A DNA stretch of 53,418 nucleotides from Nitrososphaeraceae archaeon (GCA_035253865.1 DATFBL010000055.1:1-53418), one strand, 5' to 3'; numbered from the stretch's first letter, positions 40,398-50,324 are shown. Numbers and translations: made by a program. The notes: generated from the sequence alone by a model not told the origin.

Positions 40398-40924
40398 ATG
40401 ATACCTCCGGATAACTTGACATTATTTTCAAAGTTGCCAGTTCTTGTTATTTTAATTTCGTTACCATCAACATCAACACTTGAAGCACAAGAGAATGCAA
40501 CTGAATCAAATGCGCCTAAATTCATTGCAATTCAGCACGCTGAATATGGATCAATAAATGCGATTAATGCAACTTCATACTCCTTGGAATTGAATAATGT
40601 TTCTGACAAGACAATTTTGTTTTCAGATAGGCCAGACAGAATTGTTTCTTCAGTCACCACTGATGATTTTATTGGTAACTGGTCTGTGGGATCAGATAGT
40701 TTTACAGTTGATCCACCTAATGCTGTTTTAGTGAAGGATGATATGGAGGATCAAAATGATATCATAATAGAGCTATTAATCCTCTTTATGATGTGGATAA
40801 GAGGACATTAAACTATGAAATTAAAACTGAAGCTATACCTACTAGTATAAGACAGTTTGGCATGTCTACACTCATAATAGATGCAAGTGTTGGAATTGGG
40901 ATGAGTGACGCTGATACTTTTTGA
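40398..40924 (+). pseudogene. Secreted Nitrososphaeraceae-type protein (FSDRP family) with a frameshift near 40777
   Basis: FIAIQHA...ILFSDRPDRIV...DPPNA; the shifted frame continues NPLYDVDKRTLNYEI...FGMSTLIID to TGA at 40924. Confidence 0.65.
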
Positions 40925-41071
40925 TACTCTATAATATCAATCTTTTTCTTGACCAATCATCATATCCAAAATATACAATATTCAATGACTTAGTCCGCTA
41001 TACTAGCAAGATTTTACCTATACATTAAAAAAGCTATGGGGTTTGTACATCCACTGAATAGAGGAGATGAC

Positions 41072-41356
41072 ATGCAGTTGATAGAATGGTCATCGTGGCT
41101 AGATTTTAATCATAATACTATTGACAAAGTTCCAGAAACGGAAGGGGTCTATAAGTTACATTCAAGTATGAAGATTTTATTTATAGGAAGCAGTAAAAAT
41201 CTCAGAGAATCTCTTACACAAGACCTGACAAACCCTTGTATAAACAATAACTCTAGATTTAGCTATGCTGTTACAGATACGGCAGATAAAATAAGAGAGG
41301 ACTTATTGAATGAACACCGGAATAAGCATGACGGAAAATTGCCAGTATGCATGTAA
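41072..41356 (+). CDS. Minimal GIY-YIG-like domain protein
   Basis: VPETEGVYKL...ILFIGSSKNLR; GAGGAG upstream of the ATG. Confidence 0.65.
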   Translation: MQLIEWSSWLDFNHNTIDKVPETEGVYKLHSSMKILFIGSSKNLRESLTQDLTNPCINNNSRFSYAVTDTADKIREDLLNEHRNKHDGKLPVCM

Positions 41357-41478
41357 CAATAAATTTATGTTCCCAAACAAAATGAGATTTGTTTAATCCA
41401 TACTGTGATGTAATGCTTATGAAATTGATTGTGATTTGCTCCTATTCTTTAAAATAGTACCGTTTCCTATTATGATTT

Positions 41479-41853
41479 ATGAAAAAGGAAAAGGCCCGCT
41501 ATGTAGATGGATTTGTTTTGGCTGTTCCAAAACGCAATATCGATGCTTATCGCCGAATGGCCAGAATGGGAGGTAAAATCTGGCGTGAACATGGAGCGTT
41601 GGAGTTTCGTGAATGTGTTGGTGATGATTTGGCAGTTAAGATGGGAGTACCGTTTTCCCGAATGATGAAGAAAAAATCAAATGAAACGATAGTTTTTTCA
41701 TGGATTACTTTTAAATCTCGAACGCATCGAGATCGTGTCAATGCCAAGGTAATGAAAGATCCGAGGCTAGGTGATATGGATCCCAAATCGATGCCATTTG
41801 ATTTGAAACGTATGGCTTATGGCGGTTTCAAAATCCTTGTAGACGTTGGATAA
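41479..41853 (+). CDS. DUF1428 family protein
   Basis: YVDGFVLAVP, EHGALEFRECVGDD, VFSWI, MPFDLKRMAYGGF. Confidence 0.92.
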   Translation: MKKEKARYVDGFVLAVPKRNIDAYRRMARMGGKIWREHGALEFRECVGDDLAVKMGVPFSRMMKKKSNETIVFSWITFKSRTHRDRVNAKVMKDPRLGDMDPKSMPFDLKRMAYGGFKILVDVG

Positions 41854-42014
41854 TTGATTACGAATGTTATTATTCTCGATCAAGGAATTTGTTACCTCGT
41901 ATTGAAACTAAAATAGGCATGCTAAATTTTATAATCGTAACTAGCATTGGATATTAACTTTAGATAATTCAGGCCCAAGTGTAGTAATATTAAGTAGAAC
42001 GTGTCATCTAAGAT

Positions 42015-42971
42015 ATGAGGCAACTAGCTGCTAGTTCTTTGATTTTGGTAGTTTTGATATTTTTTCTCGCCTCGCTGTTGGCATCACCTTCTTTTGCACA
42101 ATCATGGTCTCAAGGATCACCTATGCCTACAGCAAGATCAGAGATAACCGCTACTAGTATAGGAGATAATATTTACATTATAGGTGGATTTGATGGATCA
42201 GGAGATGTTTTGGACATTGTTGAAGTTTATAATGTCAATAACGACTCTTGGAAATCGATTGCTCCACTACCAGAACCGCTTCATCATACTGCTGCCACCA
42301 CTTTTGATGGGAAAATTTACGTTATAGGTGGATTTATTTCAAGAGAATGGATACCGTCAAATATGTTATTCATATACGATCCGATAAAAGATGAATGGAG
42401 TGAGGGAAAATCTATGCCTACCGCACGAGGGTCATTGAACGCTCTATTTGTTAATGGTATTTTATATGCAATAGGAGGCCAAGATGAAGCCAGAGCTTGG
42501 AATGTTAATGAAGCATACAATCCAAGTAATAATAGTTGGAGATTAGAAGCACCAATGCCTACTGGAAGGCATCATTTCGCATCTGCGACGATCGAGAATA
42601 AAATATATGTAATAGGCGGAAGGATAGTTGGGTCTTCTCCTCTGGTAAATGTGAATACCGTGGAAATGTATGACACAAAAACAGGAAACTGGATTACTAT
42701 CGAATCAATGCCATCAAAAAGAAGTGGAATAGCTGCTGCCGCCATAAACAATAGTTTTTTTGTATTTGGAGGCGAGGATCTGAGTGGAACATTTGGTAAC
42801 AATGAAAAATACAATATTGAAAATGAGAGATGGGTATCACTAGAATCGATGCCTACACCTCGTCATGGTCTCGGAGCAGTCTCTATAGATAACAAAATTT
42901 TTGTAATTGGTGGAGGACCTGAAGCTGGATTAAGTGTGAGTGATCTTAACGAAGTGTACTCAGTAGAATAG
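42015..42971 (+). CDS. Secreted Kelch-repeat beta-propeller protein
   Basis: Six IYxIGG...Y...W...MPTxR repeats after a signal peptide. Confidence 0.93.
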   Translation: MRQLAASSLILVVLIFFLASLLASPSFAQSWSQGSPMPTARSEITATSIGDNIYIIGGFDGSGDVLDIVEVYNVNNDSWKSIAPLPEPLHHTAATTFDGKIYVIGGFISREWIPSNMLFIYDPIKDEWSEGKSMPTARGSLNALFVNGILYAIGGQDEARAWNVNEAYNPSNNSWRLEAPMPTGRHHFASATIENKIYVIGGRIVGSSPLVNVNTVEMYDTKTGNWITIESMPSKRSGIAAAAINNSFFVFGGEDLSGTFGNNEKYNIENERWVSLESMPTPRHGLGAVSIDNKIFVIGGGPEAGLSVSDLNEVYSVE

Positions 42972-43050
42972 GTCTTACGTATACTAATCATAAGATTGTA
43001 TTTGTTACTCTAGAAGGAATGTAATGTAGCTTGTGTGTCTGTTGTAATTA

Positions 43051-43377
43051 TCATTTTTGTTTTCTTACTAATACGTCATTACCTTCTATTTTTACCTCAT
43101 ATTTCGGAACTGCACTTGTTGCAGGAGGCTTTGTAGGCTCACCAGTCCTAATATCAAACTTTGATCCATGCCACGGACATTCAACTTCAAAACCTTCAAG
43201 TGTTCCCTCGTTCAATGGACCTCCAACATGAGTACACACATTTCCAATAGCATAATATTTTCCTCCTGCATTAATGACGCAAACTGTTTCACCATCTACT
43301 TCCACTGCTTTCATAGACGAAGTGCCTATATCTTTTGATTCGGCTACCTTAACAAAATCCTCAGACATTTTCTTCAT
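43051..43377 (-). CDS. Rieske [2Fe-2S] ferredoxin
   Basis: CTH...CPWHGSKFD. Confidence 0.95.
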   Translation of the reverse strand: MKKMSEDFVKVAESKDIGTSSMKAVEVDGETVCVINAGGKYYAIGNVCTHVGGPLNEGTLEGFEVECPWHGSKFDIRTGEPTKPPATSAVPKYEVKIEGNDVLVRKQK

Positions 43378-43563
43378 TTATTATTCCTCAAAATAGTATA
43401 TAACCAATAGCAAGTAAAAACGATAGAATTGAAATGTAAACGTTTAATTTTTATACTTTTTAGAATTCATTAAATTAGAATTAAGTTCAATTATCTTGTA
43501 TTATATGAGACAGCCCCCTGAACGTTTCTATCAACATGTCCTTGTTACTAAAAGTAAAAAAGT

Positions 43564-44061
43564 TTAGTTTTGTATTGAGGGTCGGACCCCTAGCAGTGAA
43601 CCTACAGTAGGTGTTTCTTCAAGATCAAGGTTAATAGTAAGCACGTTTGAGATTGACCTTGACTTTGTCACATCTGTGAGAGTAACATTAGCAGTTACAC
43701 TAGTTAGCGACTTGTCTCGAAAAGATGTCCTAAGTGTTTCTGTACCACCATCACTCTGGGCAGTAAAACCGCTTGGAAATGAGGTAGTTTTGAGGAGTGT
43801 ACCGTTAGGGGCAAAGACAGCCATTACTGCATTTATGACTTGACCTTGCAGCGATTCATCTTCGACAGAATACTGTATGTTTACCCTAACTTGATTTGCA
43901 TCAGTATTTGTTAAAGGCGTGAAGCTTGAATTCCCTTCAGAAATCGTTATGCCTGGGGTATCTTGTGCGGATGTAAATGGTATTAAGCCTATTATAAAAC
44001 TCAAACCAATCGTCAACAACCCAAGACCTAACATAATCATATAACTAGTTAGTTTTGTCAT
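43564..44061 (-). CDS. Secreted beta-rich hypothetical protein
   Basis: Signal peptide ending SAQ; beta-strand pattern. Confidence 0.7.
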   Translation of the reverse strand: MTKLTSYMIMLGLGLLTIGLSFIIGLIPFTSAQDTPGITISEGNSSFTPLTNTDANQVRVNIQYSVEDESLQGQVINAVMAVFAPNGTLLKTTSFPSGFTAQSDGGTETLRTSFRDKSLTSVTANVTLTDVTKSRSISNVLTINLDLEETPTVGSLLGVRPSIQN

Positions 44062-44581
44062 CGATACTTATTCAACCACAATCAAATATTCAACATCAAT
44101 AAAAAATCTTTCCCTTTGATATACAAAATCACGACCTATTTCGTTTAATCCCAAACCTGAATTTTGTGGACATAACACTGTAATTTGAAATCATCATCAT
44201 TTTGGTCTGAAGGGTGTTAAGATAAACCAGCGTACTTTAATCCTGTATAATTACACTACACCAGCTTGGACATCTCTTATTGAGATAATGCTTAACTGCT
44301 TACTCACCTCGAGGCGGCCAGTCAAGTATCTCCTCAAATCTTACTCGAACCAACCGGTTTACTTTGAGTCCTATCTTTATCCTCGCTGAAGGTCTCGTAG
44401 ACCAAGCCGCCAAAAAATTTCTCATTCTTAGATATTTTGGACACGGCTGAAAGCATTGTTTTCAACGTGATGATCCTTGATTAATTTTTCTGACATTAAT
44501 TTCAAGTCATGAGATAAGAACAGTTCAGTATCAATGAAAGGCTCATGATTCAAAATCGATAAAATGAATGTACTTTGAGAG

Positions 44582-45685
44582 CTATGCTTTTGCCTCATAA
44601 ATTAAATTAAACGGTGTCTGAGTAGCTCGTCTAAATTTTGTAAACCCCGCTGCCTTTACTATCTCACTTATTTTCTTTTCTCCTGCCTGTGCCCCCAATG
44701 CGGGACCGTTCTCTGCCAGAGAATTTGGGACGCACACGAGTGTAGAAGCAGCATAAAATGATCTCCCTATCAAGTTAAGATTATCCTCTAAATTCTCATT
44801 GGCCATAGGTTCTACAATCATACATGTTCCGTTTGGCTTAAGTGAGTGTAATGCAAATTTCATAGCCCCAATTGGGTCTCCCATATCATGTAGACAGTCG
44901 AAGAATGTTATTAGATCATAGTCATCACCAATTGACTTATCGTTAGCAGACACGGAAACAAACTCCACATTACTTATCGTTACTCCTGATGTTTCTTCTG
45001 CCTTTCTTATTTGATTTTTAGCTTTTTCTATAGAAGGACCATGATTATCAAAGCCATAAAATTTTGAATTCGGATACGCTCTAGCCATGAGAATTGTCGA
45101 TATACCATAACCACATCCAATATCAGCAACTTTGGCTCCTTTCTTTAGTTTTTCTTCAACTCCATTAAGGGATGGAATCCATGAACTCACCAAATTTCCT
45201 ACATAACTAGGTTTGTAAAATAACGCGCTACCCTCAAAGAGATCGTTATGATGATCGCTCCATTTTAGCCCCTTCCCACTTTTGAACATTTCTATGAATT
45301 TATCTTCATCTTTAAAGTAAGATCTTATTGCTTTATATGCTCCTTGAATATACACTGGACTATTCTCATCAGCTAAAGCCATAGCTTGTTCTGGTGGAAG
45401 AGAATATTTCCTGTTAATTGGATCGTATACAATGTATCCTCCAGCAACTTGATTTGCCAACCATTCTCTAATAAGACGCTCATTAGTGTTAGTCGCTTTC
45501 GCTAACTCTTCGGATGTTATTGGTCGTTCCAGCCCTGTCATGGTTTCGTATAGATGAAGTCTATCTCCAATAATTATCAACATTGCACTTAGTGTGCTTG
45601 TAATATCTTGCATTGCTTTTAGCATGAATTCGCTCAATTTTTGTTCATCAATTTTACCTGAATTAAAGTTTGATTTCATATGCAA
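44582..45685 (-). CDS. Class I SAM methyltransferase with N-terminal winged helix (Rv2258c-like)
   Basis: IGDRLHLY, ERLIREWL, VADIGCGYG, FDCLHDMGDP, TPFNLIYEA. Confidence 0.92.
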   Translation of the reverse strand: MHMKSNFNSGKIDEQKLSEFMLKAMQDITSTLSAMLIIIGDRLHLYETMTGLERPITSEELAKATNTNERLIREWLANQVAGGYIVYDPINRKYSLPPEQAMALADENSPVYIQGAYKAIRSYFKDEDKFIEMFKSGKGLKWSDHHNDLFEGSALFYKPSYVGNLVSSWIPSLNGVEEKLKKGAKVADIGCGYGISTILMARAYPNSKFYGFDNHGPSIEKAKNQIRKAEETSGVTISNVEFVSVSANDKSIGDDYDLITFFDCLHDMGDPIGAMKFALHSLKPNGTCMIVEPMANENLEDNLNLIGRSFYAASTLVCVPNSLAENGPALGAQAGEKKISEIVKAAGFTKFRRATQTPFNLIYEAKA

Positions 45686-45835
45686 CTCTGAGGAATTAAT
45701 TTTGTATGATATTTTAATTTAATTGATCCAAAACTAGAATAAGGCTCTTCTGACCATCAAGAACAATCATATCGTTCCATCTTTTAGTATATGTTTTGTA
45801 ATGGAGGGGATATTCCCAACGATACAACGAATTGT

Positions 45836-46630
45836 TCAGGACTTTTCATACTCATCGTGACGCCGAAACCACAATCCCGTCTCGTTGCGTCCTTTGGGAG
45901 CACGGTCAAGCCATTGGTACATTCCCCAAAGAACGTCGAGTCCTCGTGCATATGTTGAATAGGTATGATATACAATACCGTCTTCCAGTACGAATGCACT
46001 CATGCCGGGTCTCTCGCGGGCATATGTGAGTGCGTCAGTCCCCGCCATGGCCGCGAAGTCTGCCTCACCGCCTTGACCATCACGAGATTGCCCCTTTTTT
46101 GAAGTTTTCCCTGCACGTGAATTACCTACCGGTTTCTCTCGCTCGTAATTGTATTCAATGCCACCCTTACGCTGTTGCTCTTCGGTGAACCAAACATTAA
46201 AGTCGGAGTTAAAATCGCTACCTAGTGATGAGGCCCAGGGGAATGTCCATCCCATTCGGTGTTTATACGCCCGTAGCTTTGCAAGAGGGGCGCGCGAGAC
46301 AGCTGATAATGTGACATCATGGTTAGATAGATGGACTTCTAACCCATTAAAACCATCAGCGATAGCCGAACAGGCTGGACATCCGGCGGTATAATCAGGA
46401 CCGAACATGAAGTGATAAATTAGTAATTGTGATCGCCCTTTGAATAGATTTGCTAAAGAAGCATTCCCTTCTTCGGTCTGAAAATGATAGTTCTTTTGAA
46501 TCTTAACCCAAGGTAGTTTTTGCCGCCGTTGAGCAAGTTCATCGCTACGTCGTGTGAGCTCTTTTTCTGCTTTTAGTAGCTTGAGTCGTGCTGACAGCCA
46601 CTGTTTACGTGTCCCAGTTTTATGCTTCAT
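45836..46630 (-). CDS. DUF899 family thioredoxin-like protein
   Basis: LFKGRSQLLIYHFM, GCPACS, HTYSTYARG, LDRAPKGRNE; visibly GC-richer than its flanks. Confidence 0.92.
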   Translation of the reverse strand: MKHKTGTRKQWLSARLKLLKAEKELTRRSDELAQRRQKLPWVKIQKNYHFQTEEGNASLANLFKGRSQLLIYHFMFGPDYTAGCPACSAIADGFNGLEVHLSNHDVTLSAVSRAPLAKLRAYKHRMGWTFPWASSLGSDFNSDFNVWFTEEQQRKGGIEYNYEREKPVGNSRAGKTSKKGQSRDGQGGEADFAAMAGTDALTYARERPGMSAFVLEDGIVYHTYSTYARGLDVLWGMYQWLDRAPKGRNETGLWFRRHDEYEKS

Positions 46631-47302
46631 CAATGCCACGCTCCAGAAATTTTATTTTGCAGTGCATCTTCAACTCCCATAATCAAATGGTTGCCTTTAG
46701 CTACAACCTCAAACTGAGCGTTACCATCAATGGGTTCTCGTTCTATGATAACTTCAAGATCAGATATTCTGAAATGCCCGTCATAACAATTATTCATTCC
46801 TACACACACTAAATATGATCATTAAAGTAATATATCTTGTGTAACATATATTAGTTTGAAGTGTATTGTTTCACGATCATCAGAAAACTGGACGACAAAT
46901 GAAAAAAAATAGCGCTAACAATAAATTATGCTTTTCGAAAGTGCTTAATGGTCCGGGACTCTAGTGCATTTTCATTGTAGGATATCGTTTAGGACGCTTT
47001 TAAAATGAGCCACAATTATTAATGAATTTTATAATCTGGACGCAGAAGGATATGATTGAAATATTGTATCTGAATACTAATCGAATATTAGATTAAGATT
47101 TTTCAAAAGTGTAGTAATGTGGCTGATGAATTGCTCGACAGCATCCTCCGGTACTTACAGTTAGAATCCAAGATAAAGACTTACAAAAATACAGGGCCAA
47201 AGAGTAAGGGCCTTAATAATGCTTAATGAAAAGGTGTGAATGAAATTATTAGTGATCGCGTAACAGGGAAAGTTAATATACCTAGGGAGACACATTTGCC
47301 CA

Positions 47303-47872
47303 ATGTTAAGTACCAACTCCATAAGGGTAACGATCTTTGGCCTATTAATTTTAATTAGTATTATGAACATTCAAATCATCTCTTATCCGTTTGGGTTACA
47401 GGTGGAGGCTACAACAGTAATAAAAGATAGCAAGACTTCCGACATTGATGGTAATAAGACTATCTCACCTCATGGCGCCAATATCTCGGCCAACTTGCCT
47501 TTGTTGGTGGTTTTTCCCCAGGGCAGTCAGATTTCACCTTTTGGCTTTAGTACAAACGCAGAGGGTAAACTGCAAATCGAGGTTCTTTTCAATAAACCTG
47601 TAGACACATCAACATTCGTTCTAGGCACTAGTAATATCTTAGCGATGGAAACAAATCCAAACGCAACGGTTACTGTCAATTGGGATCTTAACAATAGGTT
47701 TTTGACTGTAGTGACCAATGATTCATTGAACTCTTTGTGTAATTTTGATCCTGATTGTAACTTTGCTCTAAGGCTTGATGGTACAGGGTCTAATCCGATT
47801 AGAGCCGCGGATGGAGGTTTACTAAATGGGGGATTTGACGATTATTGGGTAGGGTTCGTTATCTTAGGATAA
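47303..47872 (+). CDS. Secreted Ig-like (Big_5/SbsA-like) domain protein
   Basis: Signal peptide; P, VLFNKPVDTSTF, LRLDGTG..I..ADG. Confidence 0.6.
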   Translation: MLSTNSIRVTIFGLLILISIMNIQIISYPFGLQVEATTVIKDSKTSDIDGNKTISPHGANISANLPLLVVFPQGSQISPFGFSTNAEGKLQIEVLFNKPVDTSTFVLGTSNILAMETNPNATVTVNWDLNNRFLTVVTNDSLNSLCNFDPDCNFALRLDGTGSNPIRAADGGLLNGGFDDYWVGFVILG

Positions 47873-47980
47873 ATTTTGAAAGAATTGAATCGCCTTCTTG
47901 ATACTTTTTGTATTATTATCGACTTCGTAACCAATTCTTGTTAACATTTTGATTTTGATTTTCTGACATCCGTGCCTGCT

Positions 47981-48217
47981 TTAGTCGGACAGTTCCATAT
48001 CGTAATCAAACTTTACGCCTCTAGTCTTTTGTGCTGCTGCCATAAATTCAGCATCCATAGTATATTTTTTAATAATTACTTTGTGTACCTTTGATAATCC
48101 ATACAGTAACATCTCTTTTTCGTCAGCAAAATCCCTTATGCCTGTGTATTTGTCGTCATAATCGCTAGTTCTATGTATCTTTACCTTTATCTTGTTTTCA
48201 GTATTTTTAGTTTTCAT
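47981..48217 (-). CDS. Hypothetical protein
   Basis: MKTKNTENKIKVKIHRTSDYDD...; start uncertain (48217 or 48241). Confidence 0.55.
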   Translation of the reverse strand: MKTKNTENKIKVKIHRTSDYDDKYTGIRDFADEKEMLLYGLSKVHKVIIKKYTMDAEFMAAAQKTRGVKFDYDMELSD

Positions 48218-48346
48218 TTCTTTCTCCGGCTTAATTATCATCAGGCCTACTCTCCTTAAGACTTTTTTGATTTTTTTTCCATCCCTCTGAGCGTAATTAT
48301 TTCGACTGGATGGAGAGGGATAAAATTGAATTTTGCAGAGCAATTT

Positions 48347-48449
48347 CGGGCCCGGAGGGATTTGAACCCTCGACCTGACGCTTAGGGGGCGTCCGCGCTA
48401 TCCATTTTGCGCTCATGCCTGTAATCTTAATGATCTGCGCTACGAGCCC
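48347..48449 (-). tRNA. tRNA-Arg(CCT) with a 28-nt non-canonical D-loop intron (48407-48434, position 15/16)
   Basis: Acceptor GGGCTCG/CGGGCCC+G, D stem GCGC/GCGC, anticodon arm GACGC-CCCCTAA-GCGTC, T arm GAGGG-TTCAAAT-CCCTC; BHB-like GCGC-AGA-TCAT...ATGA-GCGC-AAA; 75 nt after splicing; CCA not encoded. Confidence 0.92.
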
Positions 48450-48624
48450 GAGAAATTTGAGTACCGAGGTAAATATTAAGATTCAAGTGTACTGTGTAAT
48501 ATCTTGTATCGACGACATATTTGCCAATTGTCTGATGTTTTATCTGCAATTAGTATCAAAATTTCAAGTGCAGACAGGACGGAAAATAAAATATCGATAT
48601 TATTATTGATTAACTTTCGAATGA

Positions 48625-49620
48625 TTATTGAGAATACTGCTCTAATTCTCCTTTTAATTTTAATATAGCAGCATCTATTTTGCCATAAGTACTAATATCC
48701 TCTATGAGTTGTTTTATTGCAGTCTTTGGAAAATCATTCTTGAGTATATGCACAACCGTAAAAATATCTTCTTCTTTGAGCCCGTCTTTTATTAGGTCTG
48801 AAAATTTTTTAAAAGCGTTCTCATAGTCTTTCCCCTTAGCTTGTTCTTCTTCTTGTTTTCGCTTATAATATTGCATTACTTTCTCAAATTTCCGCAAGTT
48901 TGCTTTTAGCTGTTTTATCTCTTCTGTCGTGTTTACAAATTCATTATGTTTAGAAACAATGGCCTTTGGATCATATCCCATCTTCTTGATATCAATAAAA
49001 GCCCGGGCTACCGCGCCATATTCGGAAGAAAATTCAGAATAATTGTACATTTCAAGTAAGCTCATGATTTGGCGAAATGCATTCAGTTCCTTCTCTTTGA
49101 TTTTCAGTCTCTTCTGCTCCTCTTCCACCTTAACCTTGGTGTCTTCTAATAATTTACTCTTTGATTTAATGCGTCTTTCTAATTCTCGCAATTCATCAAC
49201 TGCGGATTTTATTATTTCTTCCAGTTCGTGAGGCTCCACATTTTCTCTCAACATTATTTCGATTATTGAAAAGATCTGTTTTGCGGAATCAGAGAGAGGG
49301 ATATTGTATTTGTTACACAGTAAGTCTAATGCATTAAGAAATTTTTCTGACTTCCTTTCGTCCAACATATTCAATTTTATGAGATTCTTATATCTTAGAT
49401 TGGCTGCTATCTGTGGAATGCTCACTCGTTCTTTCTTTGCAACAATAGCAATTTGTCTCTGCAAATCAGCTGTGTCGTCAGACCTAATAATTTCAGTGAT
49501 GAAGCCGCTAACAGTGCCATCACTCACCTTGAGCTGATTAACAATTGCTTTTTGGGATTCGCCAGACAAAAACATCCGAAGAGCTTCATTCCTTAACCAG
49601 TTTTTGTTAGGCAGGGTCAT
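48625..49620 (-). CDS. N-terminal HTH plus long coiled-coil protein
   Basis: SGESQKAIVNQLKVSDGTVSGFI HTH-like segment; heptad-rich C-terminal half. Confidence 0.75.
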   Translation of the reverse strand: MTLPNKNWLRNEALRMFLSGESQKAIVNQLKVSDGTVSGFITEIIRSDDTADLQRQIAIVAKKERVSIPQIAANLRYKNLIKLNMLDERKSEKFLNALDLLCNKYNIPLSDSAKQIFSIIEIMLRENVEPHELEEIIKSAVDELRELERRIKSKSKLLEDTKVKVEEEQKRLKIKEKELNAFRQIMSLLEMYNYSEFSSEYGAVARAFIDIKKMGYDPKAIVSKHNEFVNTTEEIKQLKANLRKFEKVMQYYKRKQEEEQAKGKDYENAFKKFSDLIKDGLKEEDIFTVVHILKNDFPKTAIKQLIEDISTYGKIDAAILKLKGELEQYSQ

Positions 49621-49929
49621 AAGCGAAGATAATTATGACCTATAAAAATAGATATTGATAGTGGCTAAAAGCCGCCTTAATTTTTTGAAATTTTTTTTTG
49701 AATATTAAGTGAGCGAAAAATGAGATTTATTTGAACGATTCTCGAATAATTATTGAGCGTTTATTGAAGAATTCATGTTATCTTAAATGATCAAATTGGA
49801 TAATCTTCAATGATACCGAATTGTTAATATCAAATTCTCCTTATAGGATCAGGTATTATTAATGAACAATTCTATCAGATCGATAGCTTTCAAAGATCAT
49901 GGGTAGGATTCTCTGAATTTTTCTGCTAT

Positions 49930-50127
49930 TTAATACCTTTTATAAAATTCATCCTTTGCGTTTTTCTCAGTTTCATTGATACCCCATAGAAACTCTACAT
50001 AATTCTGGGCGAATATGGTTACAAGAAATCGGAATAGATCTTCTGCGGATTTATATCCATACTTCTCCATTAGCTTGTTAACGTTCTCTTCATCTTTTTG
50101 GGACAGTTTAATTCGAAGTTCTTTCAT
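49930..50127 (-). CDS. Ribbon-helix-helix-like DNA-binding protein
   Basis: ELRIKLS beta-ribbon, helix, GYKSAEDLFR helix. Confidence 0.65.
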   Translation of the reverse strand: MKELRIKLSQKDEENVNKLMEKYGYKSAEDLFRFLVTIFAQNYVEFLWGINETEKNAKDEFYKRY

Positions 50128-50324
50128 CTGCTACCACTATATATCAAAAGGTATTTTAATTAATTTTTGCGGATTTGTTTCCTTCGTAACTGAAACTTGG
50201 TCATAGCATCGGATCGAAGAAATTACTGCATTTAAATTAGGCTTTTTTCACTTTAATGAGCGCTACAAGCGAAATTATTGCAATATCTTGCAACCAATAT
50301 AAGAAATACTATGGATCTAAGAAT

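Noticed and set aside
40235-48449. An 8-kb element integrated at tRNA-Arg(CCT) and bounded by direct repeats
   Set aside because: The fragment at 40235 mismatches this tRNA's 3' end at 6 of 22 nt, and no integrase lies between them
48218-48609. ORF 48415-48609 and the N-terminal extension of ORF 47981-48343
   Set aside because: They overlap or abut the tRNA gene and its promoter/terminator; probably non-coding
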